Assembly (NCBI GenBank): GCA_038496445.1
Contig: JALMLS010000578.1
Coordinates: 503,816 to 567,815, forward strand
Source: Trichosphaerium sp. ATCC 40318
Taxonomy: Eukaryota; Protista; Tubulinea
Direction: 5' to 3'
DNA: 64,000 nucleotides
Below are positions 37,964-50,939 of this stretch, piece by piece. The notes under the pieces were generated by a model that was given only the letters and a program-made list of their open reading frames with translations, was not told the DNA's origin and ran no database searches. The position numbers were made by a program, and so were the translations under genes. Each line of letters starts with the position of its first letter. Position 1 is the first letter of the stretch.

Positions 37964-40900
37964 TTAATTTTGTTTGCCTTTGTGGAAACGTAGGAGCAAA
38001 TAAATAGCCAGTTCGATAACAAACCAAGTAGCAATTATAATACCAATATTCCTCCAGTAGTTCTCCTCAGCAAAACCAAGAATTGCAATCTGTTGTTCAC
38101 CAGCCTACAATCCATAAGTAGTGACTCTTTATAGACGAAGAGAAAGAAGTGACTTACAACCACAGGACATATCACTGTTGTATTTGGTGATAGTGTAAAC
38201 CCGCTACATTGTAGTGGAGCACCTCCATTAAATGTTGAAGGTAGTGGAAATGATCTTGGAGGTAAAGTGCATGTCTCGTTCACCATCATTGTTACATTTG
38301 TTACTATTGAATGTAAGAATCTTCAACCTCAATGAATTAAAATGGCTTACTTATAGTATCACAAGGTATTCTGTAATCGCAACCTTCACAAATAAAACTC
38401 TGACCTGAGAAAGTAGCAATCACCATTGCTTCAAATCCCCATCGAAGAAATGAGATGTTCTCAATCCAAACAAAGTAAACAGGAATATTGTCAGTGTTTA
38501 TCCAAAATCCTGAAAACAACATGAAGGGTATCTAGAAATAAATAAATCAATAAACATAAATCACGTGTTTAAGCTGGTTTAACAAAGCCAAAAATCACTT
38601 AAAACATGTAACAACAAATATAAAAATACAAGAAATGAACACGCACCAATAACATTGGTACTGCTCTTGAGACAAGAACCGGATCATGTATCGAAGCTGA
38701 CAATAGCATACCAAAAGAATAAGCTACATTTGCAACAAGGGCAAGAGCAAGCAAAAGTCTCAAGAAATCCACAAAACTATCACTCCAGCCGATCATCCAC
38801 TAAACAAAGTCAGAAAAAAAAATAGGAAAGTGGCTATGGTAACATACAAATGCTATCAGAGTATTTATGAGTGGTATTAATATGTTCACTGGTAAATCAC
38901 TAACAAATTTCGATAGAAAATACACTCCTGATCCATAAAGACCTGATCTCTGTTCGCGAAACACAACACCCCTAACACGGACTTAAGAAAAAGTTGTATC
39001 TAAAAAGAAGTCTGGTAAGTACCTTTCTGCTGGAAAGATATTCACAGGTACAGTCACACCAGCAAAGGCGCTTCCTATACCAACGAAAAATAGCGCAGAT
39101 ACCCTATCACGTATACCAGTCTGATCATTTGCAAGCCTTAAGTATACCAAGCCACCAATCAGTGCTCTTAGAATAGTTATGATTAATCTGGATTTAAATA
39201 ACATGTTCTCCCGATATATCGTTTTAAATGATCGTCTAATGTTGATGTTAGTAATGTGATCAATTCAATAATATTGACGCACATCAATAAAATCCAGAAT
39301 TTTACAAATACAGATACTTGATTACCATGTGACACTCCAGTCACTGGATATTCGTGTTTGGGTGGGTTTATTGCTTGTTTATGATATTTTGACTTTTTAT
39401 ACTTCTTTATCATACCCTTCACTTGGTCGGTACTGACATGCCTATGTATAAATTAATATGAATCACTAGACGTTTGAGGTGATATTACTTCAAGTCTGCT
39501 TCTTCTTCATCAATATCTGATGGTGTCACATGGAGTGTTTTCACTAACAATTGTGAGGTTGAATCATCGCAATGCCATTGAAAGTTACGTACTTAAGTAA
39601 TCAGCTGGATTCTTGAACGGAGGACACTGATATCCTATACTACCAAAATAAGGTATTGTATCTTCCAAATCACCATAGTAGACAGTTTGTCCATCTGCCA
39701 AAATCATCATTTTATCGAAATGTCGATAAATATCTGCTGAAGGCTAAACAAAAGATGAGTAATTAACAATTGCGTACTGAACTTTGATACTAATTTAAGT
39801 ACGTACTTGATGTATTGTACATATTATGGTGTGACCACAAAATGCTAGTTTACGTAAAACATCAACAACAGCTTTTGCTGCAAAAGAATCAAGACCAGAA
39901 GTTGGTTCATCCAAAAATAGAATTTTAGGATCTGTTATCAACTCCAAAGCAACGGACACTGTGTTGTTACAATTATTAGAAAATAATATTACTGTTTGTT
40001 GTGACGGTTACCTCTTTTCCTTTCGCCTCCAGAGAGACCACGTTCAATACTTGATGCTTTTGTTGAGGCAGCTGAAAATCCAATAAAGTTGTTTCTTACA
40101 TGATACAATCCAAGCTGTAAGAGTAAGCCATCAACTTTCTTGCTTCGTTCTTCCTTTGTTGTATGTTTTCCCATTTTTAGTTTGGCTGCAAACATTAACG
40201 CTTCTCTTGCTGTCAGCGATCCCATGAGTACATCTTCCTGCGAAAATAACATGAGACAGAATTGTATAACCACTAACTACGCTACCTGACTGACAAATCC
40301 TGAAATTTTTCTTAACAGAGCACTATCAGCTTTCTTTCCGTTTATTTCTACTGTCCCTTTCATTCCTTTGCCATGTACTCTATGAGATAGAATATTCAAG
40401 AAGCTCCTAATTATACATGTAAGATCAACAATCTCGTAGTGAAAGAGAAAAAGAGTACGTTTTGCCAGCTCCAGAAGGCCCGATTATTCCCTAAACATAT
40501 CAGCATTTTCACGACTTTTAGTGCTTCTCCTTACCATCAAGCATCCAGGAGGTACATATCCAGACATATTCTGAAGTATACGCTTGGAGACGAGCTTTTT
40601 TTCACCTCGTTTGACACATCCAAGCGTGTTTTTTTTTGCATCTGGGTTTGGAACTTTTACAGTGTATCCGACATCTTTCCATACCAGTTGCACCCTTTCT
40701 TTTTCACTTATAATATGCTCTTTATCTACAGTCGAGATATATTGTTGTCTGTATGGTGAGTCAGGAAGGACAATCAAACTCAGAAAAATCACGTGATTTT
40801 TCGAAAATACGGAAAAAAAAAGATCAGACGTGGTACTTTAGTGTTTCCATGTAATCTTCGCTTTCCGAACTCTCGTGGCCATTAACCTACAATTTAAATG

Positions 40901-41343
40901 AGTTGGGACGCAAAAACCAGCTAAAATTACTCTAATAGATTCTTTCAACGTACCTGTATGGTTTCCGCGTGAAGAGTTGTAACACCTCCATTAGATCTCT
41001 TTTTTCCTGATTTTCCCTTCGACTTTTTTGGTTTTTGTTTTTGTCCCAGATTATCCATTTGAGTATCAATTGGTTCCATTTTACGCGTTACATTAAGAAC
41101 TTGAGCATTCTTACGTCGTTTATCGCCCTTCGTCCGTTTTTCCGCATTCATCACTTGTAGGCTGCTGGGATACCCTATACGTTGTACCTATATCAGGTGA
41201 GCGTCAATACCTTTTAAAGTTCAAAACAAAGAACTCAGATTGTAAAACAGCTAAATGGGTACAAAGAGGGGTTTGCTTACGTGTTGTTGTGTACGTCTGT
41301 GCGTGTTATAATGTGGCCAACTATTTATCCGACTGCTACTCAT
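37964..41343 (-). CDS. ABCG (White-family) half-transporter, copy 1
   Basis: [37 protein letters not shown], an ABC2 membrane domain and a Cys-rich extracellular loop. Confidence 0.93.
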
Positions 41344-41644
41344 GAATTCAGCAAACCGCTCATACTGTTTTTGCGGAGATACCTTTAAACGTCCTTTACG
41401 CGCGTAAGCAAACAGTTTGTAGTGAAATTTATCCTGAATTTTGTGCGCGGGCTATTATTTTGAACATTGCCGTCAAAAAGCATTCAAAGGGGTTTCTTAT
41501 CTCCGTCAAAGAATCACAAAAGCTTAGCCCACATGTAAACGCTTTGGAAGCACATTGTAAAAACGTGACTTGTTGGTTGTTACACTATGACGCCATGATT
41601 GTTCTCTGTTTGAGCGCTTAAATTAACACTTCTCATGAGAAGTA

Positions 41645-42140
41645 TCTACAGCACTTTATGGCAATCTAATGCAGTTACCACCTAGTTTTAGGGATTCATG
41701 TTGCCAGGGTATTCACAAAACCTTGGCCACGTGTATGTAGCCCCATCCTTTTTTGTAGTCCACCGGATATTTAGTAACTCCGTGAATCCTTTTTTATTTT
41801 GTTTTTGGAAGTGTTGTTTATTTTTATATTATTTGCTACCTTTTGATACTTATAAGTACGCCATTGATTGATTCATTCACAAGGTATTTTGTAATTACAT
41901 CCTTCATAAATAAATACAATAAATGAACTGGCAATCACGTGTTAACTGCTATTTAACTAAGAAAAATCACGTAAAACCTGTATCGAAAAAGCGGAAAACA
42001 ACAAGAAATGAACAAGCCAATAACATTTGTTCTTGAGCAAGAGCGATATCGTATACAGCAGCTTTTATTATCATACAAAAAGAATATGCTACGTTTGCAA
42101 CTAATAGATATGCGAGGAAAAACCTCATGAAAGACAAAAT
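41645..42140 (-). pseudogene. decayed fragment of a third ABCG copy (3' flank plus part of a membrane-domain exon)
   Basis: 41650-41830 resembles 43610-43780, and 41935-42135 resembles 44378-44587 with internal deletions. Confidence 0.75.
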
Positions 42141-42182
42141 ACCGTAAAGATCAATAAAAATGTGGCTTACTGAGTTTTGTTT

Positions 42183-42960
42183 TTATAAAACCTTTATAAG
42201 GATAATAGCAACAAGTAATATTGGAGGGAACAGCACTATGCACAAAACAAGCCACGGTAGGAGCAGCCAAGCTAAGGATCTATACCTACTCGCTCCATGG
42301 ATGTCCTCACAAGATGTGCTATGTCCTTGGGCTTCCCATAGCCACTGGTTAAATAATTTCCGTCGGCGCTCGCGATCTGTATTATACCTAACAGAGCGCT
42401 TTTTACCCTTCTTTAGTAGCTTCATATATTTTATACATCGTTTTTTAGCATTGCTGCGATTGTAAGCTATAGGGTCAATATTGTATCTTGCAAAAAGCTA
42501 GAAAAGGGTTTTAGCACGTGACTTGGCTTCAACAAGGAGGTTTTGTAATCTAAAAATGACATCACTAGAGCGGTTTATCGTTGGAAAGTCGCTACTAAAA
42601 CGAACTCCATTGGTGTCACAATGGAAAAGCGATACATGAATAAAGCAACAAAACCAAGTACCTGATGTTCTTTTTGTTCCCACAGCTGGTCATCAGAGCA
42701 TACTCGGTGAAATTCTTTGTTTAAAACACTTGCCTAAGAAGAGAAAGATTGTATACTAACACAAAAGGTATACCTGAGTAATTTGCGATGAATCCATGAG
42801 ATTTGCTGTTAATAGCAGTATTTCATCTGGCAGCAGCTCGAAACCATTTCTAGGTTGCTCCCTTTCCGTTATGAAATACATTACTAAGTTTTATGGTTTA
42901 ATATCTCTTATTTTGTATAAAAGGACATACAGTAACGTTGCGTTATCTATTGTTGCTAAC
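42183..42960 (-). CDS. F-box protein with C-terminal transmembrane anchor
   Basis: FELLPDEILLL..ASVLNKEFHRVCSDDQLWE, with a last exon ending in a hydrophobic tail. One splice phase needs a 1-nt correction. Start uncertain. Confidence 0.6.
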
Positions 42961-43789
42961 AGGATGACGTGTCGTTTTAAGCACGTGACGTTTTGCCGCA
43001 CTTATTGACAGACAACCATTTAAATTTTTCGCACCTGCACTTTAATCTCCCTTGGGTAGCAACACAATTCCTCAGTGTAACAAACTTTTGACTTCATTTC
43101 TGGACCAAGCGAAACTTTGAAGTAGCCAATTTTTTTAGATAATATAGACACTGTGTTTGGCATTCTTTTTTGAACGCGATAGCTGTGCATCAGTTGTCTG
43201 TAAATTTTTATGTAACGTTTAATGAAAGTAGTAATTTTTACTTTGCCATGTGTTTTTGATACATGTAGGAGCACAAGATACTCTTTGCTCTGTTTTTTGA
43301 ATTTACGGCATAGTATAACCTGTAAAAAAAGTTCAACTAAAAAAAAGTAGTTCAGTAGCCGTTTTTTTTTGACTGTTGTAGGGTTTTAGCAAGCTCTCAC
43401 GGTACTTTATAGCATGAATCCTCTTGGAGTTGTTTTTGCAATGTTTACGGCTTGACAAAATGTAAATGGTGTGACTAGCATAAATGCTAGTTTTACAACA
43501 TAATATGAACTACATGGCGTGGTTGTATGCTTTTGAGTTGAGAAAAGGCTTATGGTGATAGTATGTTACACTAAGGAATTTTTTTGTTACACCAAGAGAA
43601 TATATACAACACTCTATGGCAATCTAACCCAGATACCACCTAGTATTCTATTGATACATATTGCCAGTATATTCACATAACGCATGTCTAGATCCAGCCT
43701 ATGTAGTACCAGCGGATATTTATTGACTCCTTGAATCCATTTTTTTTATTTTGTTTTTGCAACATTTTTTGTTTTTATTACATTTGTTT

Positions 43790-46700
43790 CTACTTAGTTT
43801 TACCTTTGTGGAAACGTAGGAGCAAATAAGTGCCTACTTCAATGATAAACCAAGTAGCAATTATAATACCAATATTCCTCCAGTAGTTCTCTTCAGCGAA
43901 ACCAAGAATTGCAATCTGTTGTTCACCAGTCTAAAAAAGTAATTTAACGTTGAAAAAACAAGCTACATACAACCACAGGACATATCACTGTCGTATTTGG
44001 TGATAGTGTAAACCCGCTACATTGTAGTGGAGCACCTCCATTAAACGTTGAAGGTAGCGGAAAAGATCTTGGAGGTAAAGTGCATGTCTCGTTTACCATC
44101 ATTGTTACATTTGCTACTATTGAATGTAAGAATCTGTAACCTCATTGAATGAATAAAACGGCGTACCTATAGTATCACAAGGTATTCTATAATCACATCC
44201 TTCACAAATAAAACTCTGACCTGAGAAAGTAGCAATCACCATTGCTTCAAATCCCCATCGAAGAAATGAGATGTTCTCAATCCAAACAAAGTAAACAGGA
44301 ATACTGTCAGTGTTCAGCCAAAATCCTGAAAACAACATGAAAGGTATCTAGAAATAAATATAAGTAATAAAAAGACAATCACGTGGGAAACTGCTGTTTT
44401 AACAAAGCAAAAAAAATTGTGTAAAACCAAGCAGCCGAAAAAAGTAAGAAATGAACACGCACCAATAACATTGGTACTGCTCTTGTAGCAAGAGCGATAT
44501 CATGTATCGCAGCAGTCATTATCATACCAAAAGCGTATGCCACGTTTGCAACAAGATATAAAGCAAGGAAAAATCTCATGAAAGACAGAAAACTACTACT
44601 CCATCCAATCATCCACTGTAGCAAAGTTAGAAAAAACTAAGAAACAGAACAAACGATTTTGTTTGAATCTAACGTACGAATGATATAAGGGTGTTCACAA
44701 AAGGTATCAATATGTTCACAGGTATATCGCTAACGAATTTTGCCAAAAAGTAAGCTCCTGGTCCATAAAGACCTGATCTCTGTTCACGAAACACAACTCC
44801 TCTACAGGATTTGAGAAAACAATAAAAAACAAACAAGCTGATACCTTTCTGCTGGGAATATGTTCAATGGTCCGCTGACACCAGCGAAAGCGCTTGAGAT
44901 TCCGACAAAAAACAGCGCAGAGTATCTATCGCGTATACCAGTTTGATCATTTGCAAGCCTTAAGTATACCAAACCGCCAACAACTGCTCGTAGAATAGTT
45001 ATTATCAATCGAGATTTGAACATCATATTCTCTCTGTAAATAGTCTTGAAAGATCGTCTACGTACGTCAGTTAATCATGTGAGGAGCATTGTTGTATTGG
45101 CGTACATTAACAGAAGCCAGAATTTTATAAAAACAGATACTTGGTTGGTACCATGTGATCCTCTAGTCACTGGATATTCGTGTTTGGGTGGGTTTATTGC
45201 TTGTTTATGATATTTTGACTTTTTATACTTCTTTATCATACCCTTCACTTGGTCGGTACTAACGTGCCTATGTATAAATTAATATGATACAATAGACGTT
45301 TGAGGTGATATTACTTCAAGTCTGCTTCTTCTTCATCAATATCTGATGGTGTCACATGAAGCATTTTCACTAAGCAATCGTGAGTTTGAAACAAAACTGC
45401 CTGAAATTTACGTACTTAGGTAGTCAGCTGGATTCTTGAACGGAGGACACTGATAACCTATACTACCAAAATAAGGTATTGTATCTTCTAAATCACCACA
45501 GTATACAGTTTGTCCATCTGCCAAAATCATCATTTTATCAAAATGCCGATAAATATCTGCTGAAGGCTAAACAAAAGATGAGTAAATCGATGATTGCTTG
45601 TACTTTGCAGCCACTAAATTTAAGTATGTACTTGATGTATTGTACATATTATTGTGTGACCACAAAATGCCAGTTTACGTAAAACATCAACAACAGCTTT
45701 TGCTGCAAAAGAATCAAGACCAGAAGTTGGTTCATCCAAAAATAGAATTTTAGGATCTGTTATCAACTCCAAAGCAACGGACACTGTGTTGTTACAATTA
45801 TTAGACAATAAAATTGCTGTTTGTTGTGACGGTTACCTCTTTTACGTTCACCTCCAGAGAGACCACGTTCAATACTTGATGCTTTTGTTGAGGCAGCTGA
45901 AAATCCAATAAAGTTGTTTCTTACATGATACAACCCAAGTTTCTTAAGCAAGCCATCAACTTTCTTGGTTCTTTCTTCCTTTGTTGTATGTTTTCCCATC
46001 TTTAGTTTGGCTGCAAACATTAGTGCTTCTCTTGCTGTTAGCGACCCCATGAGTACATCTTGCTGTAAAATAACATGTTAGAAAACAGTGAAAAAGTGAG
46101 TTCTTACCTGACCAACAAAGCCTGAAATCTGCCGCAAAAGAGCACTGTCCGCCTTCTTTCCATTTATTTCAACTCTTCCTTTCGTGTGCTTGCCATGTAC
46201 TCTATGAGATAGAATATTCAAGAAGCTCCTAATTATACATGTAAGATCAACAATCTCGTAGTGAAAGAGAAAAAGAGTACGTTTTGCCAGCTCCAGAAGG
46301 TCCGATTATTCCCTAAACATATCAGCATTTTCACGAGTTTTTTTCTGTATCTCGTACCATCAAGCATCCTGGAGGTACATACCCAGACATATTTTTAAGT
46401 ATGTGCCTATTGATACGCTTTTTCTCGCCTCGCTTAACACAACCAAGTATATTTTTTTCGGCATCTTGGTTTGGCACTTTTACGGTGTATCCAATATCTT
46501 TCCACACTATTTGTACCCTTTCGTCATCAGGTATAATATGCTCATCATCTATGGTCGAGATATATTGTTGTCTATACACGTCAGTGTACACTCGAGATTT
46601 CACAAAAAATCACGTGCGAAACGTGAAAAAAAGAAAAATAAAAAAAGATTAAGATGGCCTACTTCAGAGTTTCCATGTAGTTTTCGCTCTCTGAGCTTTC

Positions 46701-46976
46701 ATGGCTACCAACCTACAATTTCATTAGTTTACACGCAAAAAAACAAGAAAAAAATTAGGCAAACTAGTAATGATTTGAGCGCACCTGTATAGTTTCTACC
46801 TTCCTAGAAGACTTTCTTTTCTTTTTATCTGATTTGGTTTTCGCTTTTACCTTTTTTTGTTTTTTAGGTTCCAAATCATCCATTTCAAGGTCAAGTGGAT
46901 CCATTTTACGTGTGACGTTTATAACCTGAGCTTCCTTATGCTTTTTGCGCTTCCTTGTCCGTTTTTCCGTGTCCAT
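43790..46976 (-). CDS. ABCG (White-family) half-transporter, tandem copy 2
   Basis: Same motifs and intron positions as copy 1, with long near-identical stretches. Confidence 0.93.
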
Positions 46977-47873
46977 GCGTGAAACTTGTAAACAGTGTTA
47001 AAATCCTATGTAATGCAAGGTGGGCATGAATACTTCAACAGATATTGGTTGAAGTTTTGTGAAAAAAGTATCTTCACGTGCGTTTGAAGGCGCTTTAAAT
47101 GACATGAAACTATCATGACGTTGCTTACCTTATTCTATGGTTGCTTTAGGTGCTATTAGGAGCAGTGTGTCAGAATTCTAAGCTGACATAACTATAGATG
47201 TTAAGCCACTCGTAATTCAGCAAAACCGCTGTATCTGTTTTAGCGAACTTGTCTTTCAGTTGGGCTTCTTTACCTTTGCTGTTTTGAACTATCTACGAAA
47301 AATCTGAAGCTGAGAAACCCCAAGATTCATTTCGTACAAGGCTGGACTATTGTCGTGGTAGTCTTCGTAACATTTTTACGGTGAAATGAGACTGTATAGT
47401 TTGGAGTTAATAAAACCCCGATAAAACTCGCTCAAATTGGTATTGTACCGCTTTGTCTCGAAAGTTTTTCTTTGCGCACATAACCGAACAGGTGTAAGGA
47501 TTTACTAAAGGTGCTCGTAGATTAATAACAACGGATATTTATTATTTCCGTCCATAAACCCAAAACTTTCTTTTCCAACTTTTTTCTTTTTTTGGGGTTC
47601 TTTCAATGTGACTTGGTACGATAACGAAAATAAATGTTCGTAAACATTCAGGTGCTCATTGGGATTCAATAACAACTTAAGGGCCTTAAGGCAATAGGGT
47701 AAGAAGAACTAGCGATAAAAACATGTTCGACCTTTCTGAGCACTTTACCTTTAACCACTACCCAGCGTTTTGCGACAAATATGATTCTTAACCATGTGTA
47801 ATACTACAAGTGAAAAGAACGGGATTATTGCCATCATGTTACAAAATAAGGTTTGAAACTTTTCTATTGTTTA

Positions 47874-49526
47874 TTATGCCCAATCGCTTTCAAGCTTATC
47901 CCATTTTTGTATGTAAAAAACGCGAAGCTCTGTTGCAATATTATGTATCGCTGAACCTGGCATGTTGTATGTACAAGCATTTTCCCACACAAGCATAACA
48001 TGATCGTGAAATTCCTTAGCATCTCTATAGACTCCATTCTCAATATTGGACTGATTATAACAAAAAATGTTAACCACGTGCAAAAAAAAAACAACTTCGA
48101 AATTGTGCCCACCTTAATAGTGGCTAAGTCCATGGGACTCTTGATTATAGCAAAATAATCTGGTATGCCTAGTGCTATAGGGTCCACAGGGGCATTAAAT
48201 GGCCACCCGAACTTGTGATTTTGTATCTCAGCAAGAAGTTTAAGGCAGTCTGATAACTTTTTTCCTGGATTTGGACTCTTGGAAACTCCATGAAGAAGTG
48301 CGCCTGCTGCTACAAGTTCGTTCCGTTGTAAACTCTCTACGATCTCGCAATTTGTGAAAGTTTCAGGGCATATTTCTTTATGTTGTAAAGCCGCACTTTT
48401 AAGCACAGCATCCTTAACAACTAGTCAAAACAACATTCTTGCTAAAGTTTTGTTCTCACCTTTATCCCTGGAAAATTAAAAACACCACCTGCTAATACCA
48501 TGGATGTAGGGTTAAGCATACCCAATATGATAGCCAGCGCAACACCTAATGCATAACCAGCTTTTTGTATTACATCACGACATTTAACTTCGTCAGGAGA
48601 TAGCCCTTTGTTATCTTTACTTTCAAGAAGATTTCTATCTTCAAGGCCTTTCAAAAGCTTTATTGCTTCTTGTGGAGTTATAGGAGAGAGTTCTGCAATT
48701 ATATGACGCCCACCTGTAGAAGAACATTAATCTTTCATTACTAACACACCATAGAAAGTCGCACCACCCAAAGCGTCAGCTGTTTGTGTTGATACTGTTC
48801 CATCTGAATCTGTTATCATAATTGGACATGATCCAATACCAAGAAGGAAAGGTCCTATCGTTGAAGTTAACATCCAACATTGAACATCACTTCTACTGGC
48901 CATTACATTTCGTTCGTACCTTGAAGTGGCATTCCGTTTACATAGTGAGCAGCTCCTACGGAGAGTTGAGTTTGATCGCAACCAAATTATTTAGGTGTCA
49001 GAAAAATGAAAAAAAAAAAAGAATGTGACAAGAAAGAGTCTTTGTACCGATGCCGGTTCCACAAACAAACACCCCTATGTTATCACATGGCTTTCCCGCT
49101 TTTTTATAGTCGTTGTGGACCTTCTTTAAAGCTGCATCTGCGTCGTTTATGATGTAAACGTCGTTTGATGATAAAACTTTTTGAAGGCCTGTTTTGATAT
49201 TGTAGTTTGTCATTCTAGGTAGCTCACATAGTTTAATTACGCCTACAATACGTTTATAAACAGTTTAAAAGCTAGCGACGTTGCGTATGTTTTATAATAC
49301 CTTCTGAATCTGTAAGACCACAAACAGCAACGCCACAGCTTGTGACAGACCACTCATGAGGATAAACAGAGTTTAAAAATTGTGTAAGAGTCGAAACGAG
49401 CGTTTCTGGCGTGAAATCAGGTCCAGTTGGTACTCTGTGCGTTTTAGACTCATAGTTATCATCTACCAGTAACAGTAATTTCGTTCCGCCCATATCAACT
49501 CCTAAACGTATTTCTGATGCTGCCAT
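47874..49526 (-). CDS. ROK-family sugar kinase fused to a C-terminal bromodomain
   Basis: ROK motifs [32 protein letters not shown] and AAGA. The same exon continues into [31 protein letters not shown], and the last exon gives ENACTYN. Confidence 0.9.
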
Positions 49527-50618
49527 TGTGCCTTACAAATACAATTTATATTGTAGTGAAAAAGAAGTGAAATTTCACAAAACTTTCAGCTTTTTTTCAT
49601 CTGGAACAAATTATTTTAACAATGTAACTATCGTTTCCTTTCATCTATTCGAACGTTCCTTCTTTTGGATTATTTTCGCATTCTACGTGCCTTACCGCTT
49701 CAGTAAACGGTGGAAATTTTGAGATCCTCTATAGTTGGTTAAAATGGAGCAATATCATTATGTTTTATTTCAGTAAGCGTGTCCGTCCGGACCGTGTCAA
49801 GGAACATCCCTCGGAAAACATTGCAACTGTATTAACTTTTCGAAATAGGTATGATTGGCAGCAATTACATGTTAGCGTACACACTACAACGAATTCAGTT
49901 TGATTGGCATTGTTGCTGCCATCACCGATAAGTAAGACACTTTTTTGGTCACCTTTGATTGAATACATCTTGGCTCATAACGCAACTTTTTTGATTAGTA
50001 CCTCAAAAATCTGGCGTTGACAAAGCTGAAAGAACGATAAGCCAAACTTAAATTTATTCGTATGCACAAACATATTAAGCCTTATATATGACTCTATAGA
50101 GCCTATTCTACGTGTTCCCAGTCGTTGTAAATCGAAAATGAAAATAGAAATCAATCACCTATGCTTTCTTCAAGCTTCGACTACCTAACCAGGTCTTGTT
50201 ACAACAAGATGTCATAGCTACTAAACAGCCTAAGTAAACCACAATAATTTTTGTGTTCAGTTTGTCTACTACAAAAACCTACGAGTATTTTGAAATGTCA
50301 AGTGATAACCGAATTATGATGCAGTGAAAGTCTTGCACTATGTCCTTGTGCTTTCTTATCGACCCCTGGGTAGTCAATGCAATTGAATTAAGACAAGGGA
50401 TTGAAAGCCTGACTTGTGGATCCCCGCATAAGTTAAGCTCATTGCGGATTATTAGGCTTAATTTTTTGAAATGTCAGTAAATAATTTTACAGCTTTGTGT
50501 GCATAAAGCAGTCTAATAAATGAGTTTTAAGAGGTATCTTGGACACCAAACCCCCTACAGTCAACCATATAAAACATTTTGTGGTCCTATAAGCAGTTTC
50601 GAGTAAATATGAGTATTA

Positions 50619-50668
50619 CCGCTGATTTCTCCACCAAGTAACGTATTCGCTGTTGGAGAAATCAGCGG
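50619..50668. repeat. perfect 15-bp inverted repeat (hairpin) with 20-nt loop
   Basis: ccgctgatttctcca (50619-50633) pairs with tggagaaatcagcgg (50654-50668). Confidence 0.9.
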
Positions 50669-50939
50669 CTACATCATACCGTTCATTGTCTACACCAGAG
50701 CACAGTCGCAAGTGAGTTTTACTAAGTACGTTGCCAATGGTCAAAAAAAAGGAATCACTACTTTAAGGTTAACTTTTGCAGAAAAGTGTCTATGATTCGA
50801 CAAGATAACGGTAAAACAAGCACGTGCTTGTAACCCGACATATTTTCCTGAGAGTTCCAGCTTTCAATGAGTACTTAAATATTTGAGGTTCAGTGAAGCG
50901 TTAACAATTAAACTCCAACAAAAACTAACAAAACAAACC

